A DNA stretch of 63,822 nt, counting the filler, from Candidatus Zhuqueibacterota bacterium (GTDB taxonomy: Bacteria > BS750m-G25), in assembly GCA_016783505.1 (NCBI GenBank). It is 4 parts of 4 records of this genome, joined end to end, with 100 filler letters (N's around TTAATTAATTAA, not from the genome) between each part and the next. Parts side by side here need not be neighbours in the genome. Positions count along the whole stretch, not along the records: positions 1 to 16,909 come from JADHWK010000048.1; 3 more parts are not named here. The stretch is one strand, 5' to 3'. Numbering within the stretch: the first letter of the stretch is position 1; each line of letters opens with the position of its first letter. Both the position numbers and the translations under genes were made by a program. The notes under the pieces are model-generated. The model was not told the DNA's origin and did not search any database. It was given only the letters and a program-made list of their open reading frames with translations. Positions 1-9,382 of the stretch are shown in pieces.

Positions 1-2
1 AT

Positions 3-290
3 ATCAGAAGCCAGGTGCATAAAAGCAAAAAAGAGGAAATAACCACCGTTATAGAGCAGGAGTTAATGAGAACGGATGTATATTTTGCCAATAAGCTTGT
101 GAGAATAAAGGGAGCAGGGGGGGATGTAGATGCCATAGAGATAAGGGGAAAGGCCCACTATGAGGGGACAGCAGGGTTTAAAGGGGATTTTCTCTGTTGG
201 TTCAGTAATGACGAAAGGGCTTTTCTCTTAAAGGCAAAGATAAAAATTTTCTTAGGATCAATTACGATAATGCTTAAGGAAAATGAATAG
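3..290 (+). CDS. 3' part of a hypothetical protein, possibly DUF3108-like (5' truncated by window edge)
   Basis: Frame is open from the window edge. The C-terminus (CWFSNDERAFLLKAKIKIFLGSITIML) resembles DUF3108-type endings. Confidence 0.45.
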   Translation: MRSQVHKSKKEEITTVIEQELMRTDVYFANKLVRIKGAGGDVDAIEIRGKAHYEGTAGFKGDFLCWFSNDERAFLLKAKIKIFLGSITIMLKENE

Positions 291-332
291 AAGAAAGTAA
301 TCAACTGAATACCAGGGGGAGGGGGATGGAGA

Positions 333-368
333 ATAGGGGTGACTTTCTTAAAAGTGCTCCTATTTTTT
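333..368 (+). terminator. Putative intrinsic terminator
   Basis: Imperfect stem AATAGGGG..ACTTT / AAAGT..CTCCTATT followed by a T-run, just after the stop at 290. Confidence 0.5.
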
Positions 369-380
369 ATTTATATCATT

Positions 381-408
381 AGTCTACATAATGTTAAGGT
401 GCACTTTT
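381..408. other. Degenerate dif-like site (XerD arm only)
   Basis: AGTCTACATAA (381-391) matches the XerD arm at 1758-1768 at 10/11 in the same orientation. The XerC-side arm is not conserved. Confidence 0.4.
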
Positions 409-567
409 GAAGCGGATAGGGGTAGGTTTCGACTTAACTAAAAAGATTTAAATGGTTATATAAGAAATGATATTAAACTAATTTACTAATATTAAAAGTA
501 ATCATTCGAACGCATGCATAAACAGTGCGCAAGCCAACCGATACTTCAAAGAATCCTGTGATTCCAT

Positions 568-837
568 TTATCCTTGTTTGTTATAGTGGGGATACTGGTT
601 GTGATTATTAAAATAGTCTTGAAGTAGCTGTTTTTCTAATTTACGTGCCCTGCTCCAATGTGTCACTTCAAACTCAATGCCATCGAACTTTTTATTATTA
701 TCGTGATCAGGAACACGGGTTCTTAGGTTTATTGCTTTTCCAATGTAAACAAGAATACTGCCTTGATAAAGAAAATAAACCCCTGATTCATTGGGTAGTT
801 GATTTATTTGAGAAGATGTTAGGAATTTTCTTTGCAC
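568..837 (-). CDS. Small GIY-YIG nuclease family protein
   Basis: GVY...YIG, NLRTR, conserved E (ARKLE) and C-terminal YN motifs. Confidence 0.85.
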   Translation of the reverse strand: MQRKFLTSSQINQLPNESGVYFLYQGSILVYIGKAINLRTRVPDHDNNKKFDGIEFEVTHWSRARKLEKQLLQDYFNNHNQYPHYNKQG

Positions 838-857
838 CCTTTAGCTCTATTAATTTA

Positions 858-1265
858 TTATTTTGTTAGCGGCATTATCTTTTTATTCAAATCTATCATC
901 CACATTTCCCCAATTTTTGGAATTTTAATTTTAACAGGTTCATATTTGCCATGTAGTTCATCAGGGTCTAAAAAGTTGTATGTAAAAAAAGCTCTGCTGT
1001 GAGCAGATAAATTTCCGTTTCCTGTAAGTTTAAGCGCCCCTTTTGCCTTTTCATCATTTGTGAAGTCGAAGGTAATGGCCTTATTAATATCAGAGTATCC
1101 TAGAATGACGTGACTATAATTTCTTAATTTTGCCAAGTGCATAAAACCTGCATTAAAAATAAAAGAACAGCTTTTTAACACCGTAACAAAAGATTTGGCA
1201 AGACTGGCACCTTTTCTGGTAAATATCTCAAGGTCATCCCAAGTTTTTTCTTTCTTTGTTTTCAT
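858..1265 (-). CDS. Hypothetical protein
   Basis: 135-aa ORF with a GAGG RBS, AT-rich, co-oriented with the GIY-YIG gene. Confidence 0.7.
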   Translation of the reverse strand: MKTKKEKTWDDLEIFTRKGASLAKSFVTVLKSCSFIFNAGFMHLAKLRNYSHVILGYSDINKAITFDFTNDEKAKGALKLTGNGNLSAHSRAFFTYNFLDPDELHGKYEPVKIKIPKIGEMWMIDLNKKIMPLTK

Positions 1266-1320
1266 AATAGATACCTCTTTAATAATAATTATGCTACAAA
1301 TTACAGATTAACACACAGAA

Positions 1321-1614
1321 TTAGTGAGTTATATGGGGGAAGAAGGTAAGGTATTTTTCACGTAAGGAATCCTTTGATACATGGGTGTAAACCTGTGTAC
1401 TGGATAGACTTTGGTGACCTAAGAACTCTTTAATTGGTAATAATGGGGCGCCGAAATCGAGTAAGTGGGTGGCGAAGGAATGACGTAACATGTAGGGGAA
1501 GGGGAGGATTTCAAGGCCGGCAGCCCGGGCGTAACGGTGAATGATGTCGTAGATGTTATTCCTGCAATAATGTATACGCCATAACGATTCAGGTATCTTA
1601 GCATAAGAACCCAC
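1321..1614 (-). pseudogene. C-terminal fragment of a XerC/XerD-type tyrosine recombinase
   Basis: LRHSFATHLL...LGHQSLSSTQVYTHV is present. The N-terminal domain and first catalytic Arg are missing, and the HxxR His reads Tyr. Confidence 0.8.
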
Positions 1615-1757
1615 AAATCATTTTAAAAAATAATACGAAAAAGTTGAAAAGTCAAGAGATTTCTTTGAGCTATTTTAAAAAACCTGTTGATAACGTAATT
1701 GTGTCTAATAATCCGCTTTTGAGTAGGGGAGACCCCGAAAAGTGAACAGTATATATT

Positions 1758-1785
1758 AGTTTACATAATATATCTTATGCGACAA
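1758..1785. other. dif chromosome dimer resolution site (XerC/XerD)
   Basis: AGTTTACATAA-TATATC-TTATGCGACAA fits the 11-6-11 layout of reverse-complemented E. coli dif (ATTTAACATAA-TATACA-TTATGCGCACC). It is intergenic, and genes at 3.2-16.9 kb point toward it. Confidence 0.8.
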
Positions 1786-2157
1786 ACAATAGTCTGGCTT
1801 ATACCGATGCATCGCCCCTGTCCCCCATAGTCTTAATTTATAGATTGCAACATCTTCATCTGTAAATGAGCTTATTTGGAATAAATTGAGTAGGCAACCC
1901 GTTTTCGGATCGGGATGAAAACTTCAAGTGAATATTCCTGTGCCTATTAGTGAGTTCCCCGAGGCCACCCTGTTCTTTAATGTTTTGCTTAAACACTGAA
2001 CGGGTCAACGTAACGTTGCAATTGGCTAGTTTCTTAAGGCGAAGAATAAATGATATTTATAAATTTTGTCTATAATTATAATATTTATATTTATAACAAA
2101 TTTTATATCTTAATAAGAAATTTTGGAAAATAGTTTAAAATATTTTACATTTTTTTC

Positions 2158-2186
2158 TTGACAATTATAATAATTATCATTATATT
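2158..2186 (+). promoter_or_regulatory. Sigma70-type promoter, probably giving a leaderless mRNA
   Basis: TTGACA-17 nt-TATATT, with 5 nt between the -10 and the ATG at 2192 and no SD. Confidence 0.65.
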
Positions 2187-2191
2187 ATAGC

Positions 2192-2719
2192 ATGAGTCAA
2201 AAGGCCATAGAAATTAACCGATTTCTCCAGGCGGAGCTGGAGAGGCAGCAAAGGGACGAAGTCACTGCGGTTGATGGAGCCAGGTGGCTGGAAAAAGCAG
2301 GAATTCTAAAGGACAGTGAACGGCTTCCTGGTCTTCCCCTCCGTAACTTCTTAAGGAGCGGTAAAATCGTGGGGGCCAAACAGGCCTATAATAAAAGATG
2401 GGCTATTTTCAAAACCCAATATGAACCCCAATTAACGATCAAAGAGTTATCAAAAAAACTAAACTTGGGCGAACAGGCCATTTATAAGAAGGTGCAGGGC
2501 GCCAAAATTCCTTACCATACATCCGGCGTTAAGGGGATCTATTTCCTGGAAAGCGAGATTGATAGATGGTTAAAAAACCAGGGGGAAAACAAGGTAGTCC
2601 TTCTTCAAGAGGAATTGACGATGATCAAGCATAGTTTTTCACAGATGGTGGAAAAATTACAGAAGATGATCGCTGAATTGGAAAAACAGACCAGAAAAAA
2701 CGTCCGATTTTCACATTGA
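2192..2719 (+). CDS. Helix-turn-helix (excisionase/HTH_17-like) DNA-binding protein
   Basis: LTIKELSKKLNLGEQAIYKKV..KIP...IYFLESEIDRWL followed by a coiled-coil tail. Confidence 0.75.
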   Translation: MSQKAIEINRFLQAELERQQRDEVTAVDGARWLEKAGILKDSERLPGLPLRNFLRSGKIVGAKQAYNKRWAIFKTQYEPQLTIKELSKKLNLGEQAIYKKVQGAKIPYHTSGVKGIYFLESEIDRWLKNQGENKVVLLQEELTMIKHSFSQMVEKLQKMIAELEKQTRKNVRFSH

Positions 2720-2732
2720 AGAGGAGGTTAAG

Positions 2733-3170
2733 ATGAGTCCACTGGAACGTATTTGTCCCCGGGATGCGAATCTAAAAAAGCAATTTCTCGGGTTCTTCCT
2801 TACCAAACCGATCTTCTACATTGAATACCTGCAGCGGCAGCATTTCAACTTCGGCTCCCCCCGCCCTATTTCACCCATAGGGGATAGTTTTCGCCGGATA
2901 AAGCGTGAATTTATTAAATCTTACTCACCCGACGGCTATACAGAGACGGGGTGCAAAAACTGGTTTGTGGAAAACTGTGATATGAAATATCAGTACTTCA
3001 AGAATTTTCTGTTCAACAGGCGGTTAAACCGGGGAATCGTCCCATCTTTCAAACTGTTCAACGGCTTCATCTGGGAAAAGTCCACTGGCAATCAGTTCTG
3101 GGATTGGGTATTTAGAGAGGGTGACCAATCCCTGACGGATGAGGAAGAAATTGCCCTTCTTCTACCGTAA
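2733..3170 (+). CDS. Hypothetical protein
   Basis: Strong AGGAGG RBS, operonic with the HTH gene, followed by a terminator. Confidence 0.7.
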   Translation: MSPLERICPRDANLKKQFLGFFLTKPIFYIEYLQRQHFNFGSPRPISPIGDSFRRIKREFIKSYSPDGYTETGCKNWFVENCDMKYQYFKNFLFNRRLNRGIVPSFKLFNGFIWEKSTGNQFWDWVFREGDQSLTDEEEIALLLP

Positions 3171-3189
3171 CCTCCCCCCTACCCTAAAT

Positions 3190-3226
3190 AAAAAGGCGGC
3201 CCTTGTACAAAGACCGCCTTTTTTTT
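3190..3226. terminator. Bidirectional intrinsic terminator
   Basis: AAAAAGGCGG...CCGCCTTTTTTTT between convergent genes. Confidence 0.85.
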
Positions 3227-3261
3227 GGTAACTGGCTCCACTTACAATATTCCTGTGAAAT

Positions 3262-3930
3262 TTATTCTACTGACCTTATACACTCCGGACTATCATTGCT
3301 GGGAGAATTTACCACCCTTGAAACTTTATAAACTTCCATTTCCTCTGATGGATATGGATCAAGAAGCTTGCTTAAAATAAATTCATCCTGAATATTTGGG
3401 TTGAGCCAGGTCTTTTCTTCCTCGGGGGAAAGAACCACCGGCATTCGATTATGTATAGATTTCAACAGTTCGTTAGGGGTGGTAGTAATAATAGTAAAGG
3501 AATTTATGTCTTCACCTTCAGGAGAATGCCAGCAGTCCCATAAACCGGCAAAGCCAAATGGTTCTCTGGATTTCAGTATAATTCTCATAGGGATTTTATA
3601 ACCGTCTATTTTTCTCCATTCGTAGAAACTGTCAGCCAATACCAGACACCTTCGCTGGCGAAAGGAACGTTTAAAACTTGGTTTCTCGGCCAGGGTTTCT
3701 GCTCGGGCATTGATCAAACGGTTACCGATCTCGGGATCTTTTGCCCAGTAAGGAATAAGCCCCCAGCGAAATAATTCCATATGATTCCCACCCTTATTGA
3801 CAATCACAGCGACGTTCTGTGTGGGGGCTATGTTGTAACGGGGCACATATTCAAAACCGATTTCCTCTTCAAATCCGAAGCGGTCTCGAAGCTTAGAAAG
3901 ATTAACGGTCAAGGTATATCTTCCACACAT
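3262..3930 (-). CDS. SOS response-associated peptidase (SRAP, YedK/HMCES family), abasic-site crosslinking protein
   Basis: N-terminal MCGRY, then RYNIAPTQ, WGLIP, INARAET, FYEW and HNRMP motifs. Confidence 0.95.
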   Translation of the reverse strand: MCGRYTLTVNLSKLRDRFGFEEEIGFEYVPRYNIAPTQNVAVIVNKGGNHMELFRWGLIPYWAKDPEIGNRLINARAETLAEKPSFKRSFRQRRCLVLADSFYEWRKIDGYKIPMRIILKSREPFGFAGLWDCWHSPEGEDINSFTIITTTPNELLKSIHNRMPVVLSPEEEKTWLNPNIQDEFILSKLLDPYPSEEMEVYKVSRVVNSPSNDSPECIRSVE

Positions 3931-3959
3931 CATCCCTCCCTAATTTTAAAATGATGGGT

Positions 3960-4865
3960 TTAAAACAAATCTTTCTGGACTGAATCGAATTCTTCTTCGG
4001 CAATTTCCTCTAGCATTGGAAAATATTCCAGCACGAACTTTGGTATATTCACTTTTTCTTTTAATAACTTAGCTTTCATTTGAAGGGCGCTACAGACGCA
4101 TTGACCATCTATGTTATTGTTAAAAATCACGTATGTTTCATTAGTATTCTGGTTGATATTACTCAGTAGTTTAGCAAAATAATCAAGAACATGATCAGGA
4201 TATAAGACGTTGAAAGGAGTATTTAACCCATAGCAATCGGCCCAGTAAGACGAATAATCCTGTCCCTGCAGTCGCATATATCCCACCTTGCTGGTAGTCC
4301 TGTCATTAGGGGGAATTGTTCCCTTAACAGTGGGATGATCTAACTGAACGTAGGCTACCTGGTGTTCCTCTAAATATTTATAAAAATCTGGACGATTCCA
4401 GCCTCTATTCTTTACTTCAACCGCTAAAGGGAACTCTGAAAACTGTTCAACAATATTTGTTAACCTTGTCCAAGCCTCGGGATCATATCGAAAAAAGGGG
4501 GAAAATTGGATCAATAAGGCTCCCAATTTACCAGCATCAACCAACGGTCCTAAAGAGTTTTTAACCTTTTCAACATCATCCATCGTATAAGGTTTCTTCA
4601 TCTCGTGAGTAAATAGACGGTGCAGTTTTGCAGTAAATTTAAAATATGGATTATGGGATACCCTGCGTATCCAACTTTTACATTGGCTGGGATTACCGGG
4701 ATTATAAAAGGTGGTATTAATCTCGATGGTGTCTAAGAATTGGGATAAATAAAAAAGACCATCGAAGTTCTTCGCTTTCGGATAAACCCTCCCCACCCAA
4801 TTGGGAGCGGACCAACCGGCTACTCCAAAACGAAGTTCACCATGCTTAGCAAACATGTCTGACAA
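3960..4865 (-). CDS. DUF72 (YecE-like) protein
   Basis: GVAGWS..W...YP, EINTTFY, FTAKL, LGALLIQF and FNN motifs; C-terminal QKDLF. Confidence 0.9.
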   Translation of the reverse strand: MSDMFAKHGELRFGVAGWSAPNWVGRVYPKAKNFDGLFYLSQFLDTIEINTTFYNPGNPSQCKSWIRRVSHNPYFKFTAKLHRLFTHEMKKPYTMDDVEKVKNSLGPLVDAGKLGALLIQFSPFFRYDPEAWTRLTNIVEQFSEFPLAVEVKNRGWNRPDFYKYLEEHQVAYVQLDHPTVKGTIPPNDRTTSKVGYMRLQGQDYSSYWADCYGLNTPFNVLYPDHVLDYFAKLLSNINQNTNETYVIFNNNIDGQCVCSALQMKAKLLKEKVNIPKFVLEYFPMLEEIAEEEFDSVQKDLF

Positions 4866-4950
4866 TGTCCTGTTTATTCAAACCGTATTCTGAATTTCAT
4901 TTCTAGTAGCCCACCGATTTATTGGTGGGTCTCATTTAAGGTTCAATCCA

Positions 4951-4979
4951 ATTTTACAACAATTTAATCTAAAATGCAA
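4951..4979 (-). promoter_or_regulatory. Possible internal promoter for DUF72-SRAP
   Basis: TTGCAT-17 nt-TAAAAT on the minus strand, just after the dnaE stop. Confidence 0.4.
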
Positions 4980-4987
4980 GCAAAAAA

Positions 4988-7900
4988 TCACTGATCCAAC
5001 AATTCGATTTTTTCAGCCACCAGGGAACAGGCCCCGTGATCCTCTTCAACCTTCCCTTCAATAAGATAAGGACCGCGTCCGTGGGTCAGATGGCCGTATT
5101 TTTGATAAATTCTGGGAAAAATGGTGACCTCATAGGTGCCGGTAAGGTCCTCCAAGGAGAGGAATTTCATAGGGGTGCGATCATTCCTGGTGGTTATTCG
5201 CTTGGCGGCAATCAGCCAGCCAGACATCTTCACCCTTTTATGCTTGAATTTAAGCATATCTTTTGCCGAAACAATCATTGATACTTTTACCCTAACAAAA
5301 TTCATCGGATGCTTGGTGACCGAAAAACCAAAAACATCCGATTCAACCCCGCATTTTTCTGAATCATTATATTCAGGAAGCCTGGGTATTTGTCTTAACA
5401 GGTCATCATAAACGGTATTAACGATGCTTGATTTCTTTTTATTATTCAATCTGTCAAATACAATTTCTGACTGCCACAGCATTTCCGGCCTGGTAGCACC
5501 AAAGTCGTTCAGGGCACCGCATTTTATCAGGATTTCCAGTTCCTTAAAGCCAACATCGGTTCTCCTGATCAGGTCTGACAGCGATGAAAAAGATCCATCA
5601 TTTCTTTCTTTCAGTATGGAATCAATGGACTTGCTGCTGAGATTTTTTATGGACATAAAGCCCATCCGAATGGTGTCATTCCTGCCGATGTATTCTTTTT
5701 CACTCTGATTAATGTCGGGCAACAACACCTTCACCCCCAACCGTTTCGCTTCCTCAATGTAAGCCCCGGGGCCGTAAAAACCCCCTTGATTGGAGAGGAC
5801 GGCGGCCATGAATTCCGCGGGATAATGGGCTTTTAGATAGGCGACCTGATAGGAAAGAACGGCGAAGGAGGCGCTGTGGGCCTTGCAAAAAGCGTAACGG
5901 GCAAAACTTTTGATCTGTCTCCAGATTTCTTGGATAATCCCTTCACTGATCCCCTGTCTTAAGCAATTGGCAATGAATTGGCCCTGCAGTTTTTCCATGG
6001 ATTCCCTGGACCTCATCTTTCCACTCATAGCCCTTCTCAAAAGATCTGCCTCCCCCAAGGACATCCCACCGATAAAGTGCGCCACTTTGATCACATCCTC
6101 CTGATATACCATCACCCCATAGGTTTCCTTCAGGAGCTCTTCCATCTTGGGATGCAGATATTCAATCTTAGTGGGATCCCGATGCCTTTCAACATACTGC
6201 TGCATCATTCCGCTCTCTGCTACACCGGGCCGAATCACCGATGAGGCGGCAACCAACCCTTCAAAGGTATCCGTCTTTAGCTTCTGCAACAGATTTCTCA
6301 TCCCTGGTGATTCGATGTAAAAACAGCCTATGGTGGCCCCGGTTCGAATCAGTTCTTTCGTCTCGGGGTCATTTGTCACCTCATCAAAATTAAATACGTC
6401 CGGCTTTTCACCCCGGTTCTTTTCTATGGCTACCAGGGAATCTTTTAAAACACCCAACGACCTTTGACTTAACAGGTCAATTTTTACCAACCCTAAATCC
6501 TCAATGGGATACATGTCCATTTGGGTGATGACGAAACCTTTTGTAGCCCGTTGGAGGGGGGTGTAATGGGTTATCGGCTCTGGGGCTATCACAATGCCGC
6601 CGCAGTGAATGGAAAGATGCCGGGGAAAACCCTTAATCTTTTTGGCAATGGCGATAATGCCCTTCCAGGGTTGGCGATCCAGCGGTAAATCCCGGCAATC
6701 CGGAACATCAGATAGATTTTCAAGGTCTTCAAAAAAGAAGTGGGGTATTCTGGAGGTGAACCGATTGATTTCATGTTCAGGAATCCCCAGGGTTTTGGCG
6801 ATCTCGTGAACCGCCATCCTGGGCTGAAAGGTGATGGTGGTACAGATCATGGCCACCTTATCATGCCCATACTTATCGTAAACATAATTTAAAATCTCAT
6901 CCCTTTCCTTCCAGGAAAAATCTAAGTCTATGTCCGGGGGAGACTTTCTTTCCGGGTTCAGGAAACGCTCAAAGTAAAGATTATACTTCAGGGGGTCTAT
7001 TACGGTCAGACCCAGGACATAGGAAACTATCGAATTGGCAGCCGATCCCCGGCCAATGTACAGAAATCCCCTTCGCCGGGCTTCCTTAACAATGTCATTC
7101 ACGATCAAAAAATATTTACTCAGACCCAGTTTCTTGATTACATCCATTTCATAATCCAACCGTTTGGTGGCCTCGTGCCTTAAGGGATGATAACGGGCCT
7201 TTCGCCCCTCAAAACATAATTTATAAAGAAAAGAATCAGCGTCTTTCCCCTCGGGCAGATCGCATTCAGGAAATTTAAAGGTCTCTAAATCAAGGTTGAG
7301 GTTACACTCATCAGCGATTCTCTGGGAGTTAGAAAGTGCTTCACCTAAGTCCTTGAACAACGTCTTCATTTCCTCAGTGGATTTAAAATAGTTATCGGGA
7401 ACCACCCGTGACCCCTCGTCAACTTTATAGACCGTGGTATTTTTTTGTATAGCTCTGAGTACCCGGTGAACCTTGTAATCGTTCTTATTCATCAGGTGCA
7501 CATCGTTGGTGGCCACCACGGGGATTTTAAATTGTTGGGCTAAACACATAAGCTGGCGACAGCGTTTTTTGGAACCGGGATGGTTAGTCAACACCAGTTC
7601 TCCATAGAGGGACAAAGTCCTGTTCTTTGATAAATGATTTAGAAGGGGTAAGGAGGGGGATAGAATAAAAATATCCTCCGAGGCGGTCATTAAAATAGAC
7701 ATCAGATTGAAATCTTTATTCAGGTGACGTTGGGTAATGATATGGCTAATTTCCGAATACCCGGACCTGTTTTTGGCCAGCAACACGACTTTTAATTCAG
7801 GGGTTTTCGGATCATCAACCTCGACCCCGATAATCGGTTTAATTCCGCTTTCCACCGCCTTTTTGTAGAAGGGGATGACCCCATAGAAGCCATTGGTATC

Positions 7901-8014
7901 CGTCAGGGCCACCGCATTCATATTGAATTCAGCGGCTTTTCTAATAAGATCCCCTACCGTTATGGTGGAATCGGTAAAACTATGATTGCTGTGACAATGA
8001 AGGTGAATAAACAT
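4988..8014 (-). CDS. dnaE2: DNA polymerase III alpha, error-prone DnaE2-like
   Basis: PHP domain (HLHCHS, TNDVH), GRGSAA, catalytic PDIDLD and YAFCKAHS. It ends after the OB fold at 1008 aa with no tau-binding extension and lies next to a Y-family polymerase. Confidence 0.85.
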   Translation of the reverse strand: MFIHLHCHSNHSFTDSTITVGDLIRKAAEFNMNAVALTDTNGFYGVIPFYKKAVESGIKPIIGVEVDDPKTPELKVVLLAKNRSGYSEISHIITQRHLNKDFNLMSILMTASEDIFILSPSLPLLNHLSKNRTLSLYGELVLTNHPGSKKRCRQLMCLAQQFKIPVVATNDVHLMNKNDYKVHRVLRAIQKNTTVYKVDEGSRVVPDNYFKSTEEMKTLFKDLGEALSNSQRIADECNLNLDLETFKFPECDLPEGKDADSFLYKLCFEGRKARYHPLRHEATKRLDYEMDVIKKLGLSKYFLIVNDIVKEARRRGFLYIGRGSAANSIVSYVLGLTVIDPLKYNLYFERFLNPERKSPPDIDLDFSWKERDEILNYVYDKYGHDKVAMICTTITFQPRMAVHEIAKTLGIPEHEINRFTSRIPHFFFEDLENLSDVPDCRDLPLDRQPWKGIIAIAKKIKGFPRHLSIHCGGIVIAPEPITHYTPLQRATKGFVITQMDMYPIEDLGLVKIDLLSQRSLGVLKDSLVAIEKNRGEKPDVFNFDEVTNDPETKELIRTGATIGCFYIESPGMRNLLQKLKTDTFEGLVAASSVIRPGVAESGMMQQYVERHRDPTKIEYLHPKMEELLKETYGVMVYQEDVIKVAHFIGGMSLGEADLLRRAMSGKMRSRESMEKLQGQFIANCLRQGISEGIIQEIWRQIKSFARYAFCKAHSASFAVLSYQVAYLKAHYPAEFMAAVLSNQGGFYGPGAYIEEAKRLGVKVLLPDINQSEKEYIGRNDTIRMGFMSIKNLSSKSIDSILKERNDGSFSSLSDLIRRTDVGFKELEILIKCGALNDFGATRPEMLWQSEIVFDRLNNKKKSSIVNTVYDDLLRQIPRLPEYNDSEKCGVESDVFGFSVTKHPMNFVRVKVSMIVSAKDMLKFKHKRVKMSGWLIAAKRITTRNDRTPMKFLSLEDLTGTYEVTIFPRIYQKYGHLTHGRGPYLIEGKVEEDHGACSLVAEKIELLDQ

Positions 8015-8061
8015 TGTCTGGCCTGGCCATTAAAATTTTAAGGGAAAAAACCTTAGTCTCA

Positions 8062-8192
8062 GATTCGGGAAAACACTGTCGTAACGATCTTGGGAAATGA
8101 CACTGAAATGATTGCTAATTGCTGATTGCTGATTGATGCTGGAGTATAGGTTTTAACAATCAACAATTTAGTGTTTTTCGGTGTTGAATTTT
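8062..8192. repeat. Dispersed ~110-130 bp hairpin repeat, copy 1
   Basis: Shares ATGACACTGAAATGATTG and GTGTTGAATTT blocks with 11085-11200 and, inverted, with 45526-45646. Confidence 0.75.
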
Positions 8193-9373
8193 GAAAGTGG
8201 CTGAATAACTACTCCAAAACCAATGGCATTATCCCCAAACCTTTTTCGAACCCTATCTATGCTTCCGTAAAGGTGCTTTTTTTTGAGCTGGGAATTTCTG
8301 GCAAATAGATTGAATTGGGAATCCATAACTTCCATTATCGGTGTGGACAACATCAACCGCCTTACCCGGACCCGGCGGGTAAATATTTTCTGGAGAGCTA
8401 TTTTAGCGGCTTTGAACAGCTCATGATCAAAATTTGTATAAGTCGCTATATTGACGGTAACCGCTCCCTCTTTCAGATCAGAATAGGTCAATCGCAGGGT
8501 AACCCTGTCTGTTTTAAGCCCGGCCGCCCTCAGTTCAAATCCCAGTTGTCCCGCTAATCTACATAGATGGAATTCCAAAATTTGAGGGTCGGCCGAGTCT
8601 TCCGGTAGGTCAGCCCGCTGAGTAATTTCTTTTGTAACCGATTTTTCAATTACCGGCTCATAATATATGCCATTGGCCCGTTGGTGCAGGTCCTCGCCAG
8701 TTTTCCCGAGGACTTTTACCAATAATGAAACCGGAAAATGGCCCAGTTCCCCGATCTTTTTTATCCCCATTTCGAACAATCTTGATCGGATGGCTAGGCT
8801 GATTCCTGGCAAATAGATCATAGAAAGAGGATGAATAAACTTCTTTTCCTCCCCCGGCAAGACCTGGACAAGACCATTCGTTTTTGCCTGAGAAGTAGCA
8901 ATTCTGGCGATTAATTTGTTTGTTCCCATGCCCAGGGATAAAGGCAAACCCGTCTCCCCGGTAATGGTTTTCTTAAGCTTCCAAGCCCAGTCATCGAAGG
9001 GATGATATATTCTCTCGCACCCTGAGAGATCAGCGTAATAATCATCAATGGAAGCGAGCTCAGTCACCGGGGAAACGTCATGAATAATATCGTATACTTT
9101 TCTTGAAAAATCCTGATACAGATCCCGATTCTCGGGGAGAAAAACCGCTTCAGGACAGGACCTCTGCGCCTGTGGCAACAGCATCCCGGACCTGATCCTA
9201 AATGTCCTGGCCTCATAGGAAACAGCACTGACTGTGGCCCGGTCGCTTAAATCCGAACAAACGACTACCGGCCTTCTTCTTAGCCTTTTATCCAAAACCC
9301 TTTCTACCTCGACGAAGAAGGCATCCAAATCAATGTGTAAAATAGTCTTATGGTTATTTGTTTTAAATTTCAT
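8168..9373 (-). CDS. dinB: Y-family DNA polymerase (DinB/Pol IV-like)
   Basis: HIDLDAFF, SYEAR, SIDD (canonical SIDE), NKLIA, little-finger domain and clamp-type motif QFNLF. Start chosen from the promoter position; 9382 is the alternative. Confidence 0.85.
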   Translation of the reverse strand: MKFKTNNHKTILHIDLDAFFVEVERVLDKRLRRRPVVVCSDLSDRATVSAVSYEARTFRIRSGMLLPQAQRSCPEAVFLPENRDLYQDFSRKVYDIIHDVSPVTELASIDDYYADLSGCERIYHPFDDWAWKLKKTITGETGLPLSLGMGTNKLIARIATSQAKTNGLVQVLPGEEKKFIHPLSMIYLPGISLAIRSRLFEMGIKKIGELGHFPVSLLVKVLGKTGEDLHQRANGIYYEPVIEKSVTKEITQRADLPEDSADPQILEFHLCRLAGQLGFELRAAGLKTDRVTLRLTYSDLKEGAVTVNIATYTNFDHELFKAAKIALQKIFTRRVRVRRLMLSTPIMEVMDSQFNLFARNSQLKKKHLYGSIDRVRKRFGDNAIGFGVVIQPLSKFNTEKH

Positions 9374-9382
9374 CTCAACCAT

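Noticed and set aside
5036-6809. Many short ORFs overlapping long genes (here dnaE2; similar cases throughout)
   Set aside because: Antisense or alternate-frame shadows of well-supported CDSs, with no recognisable motifs.
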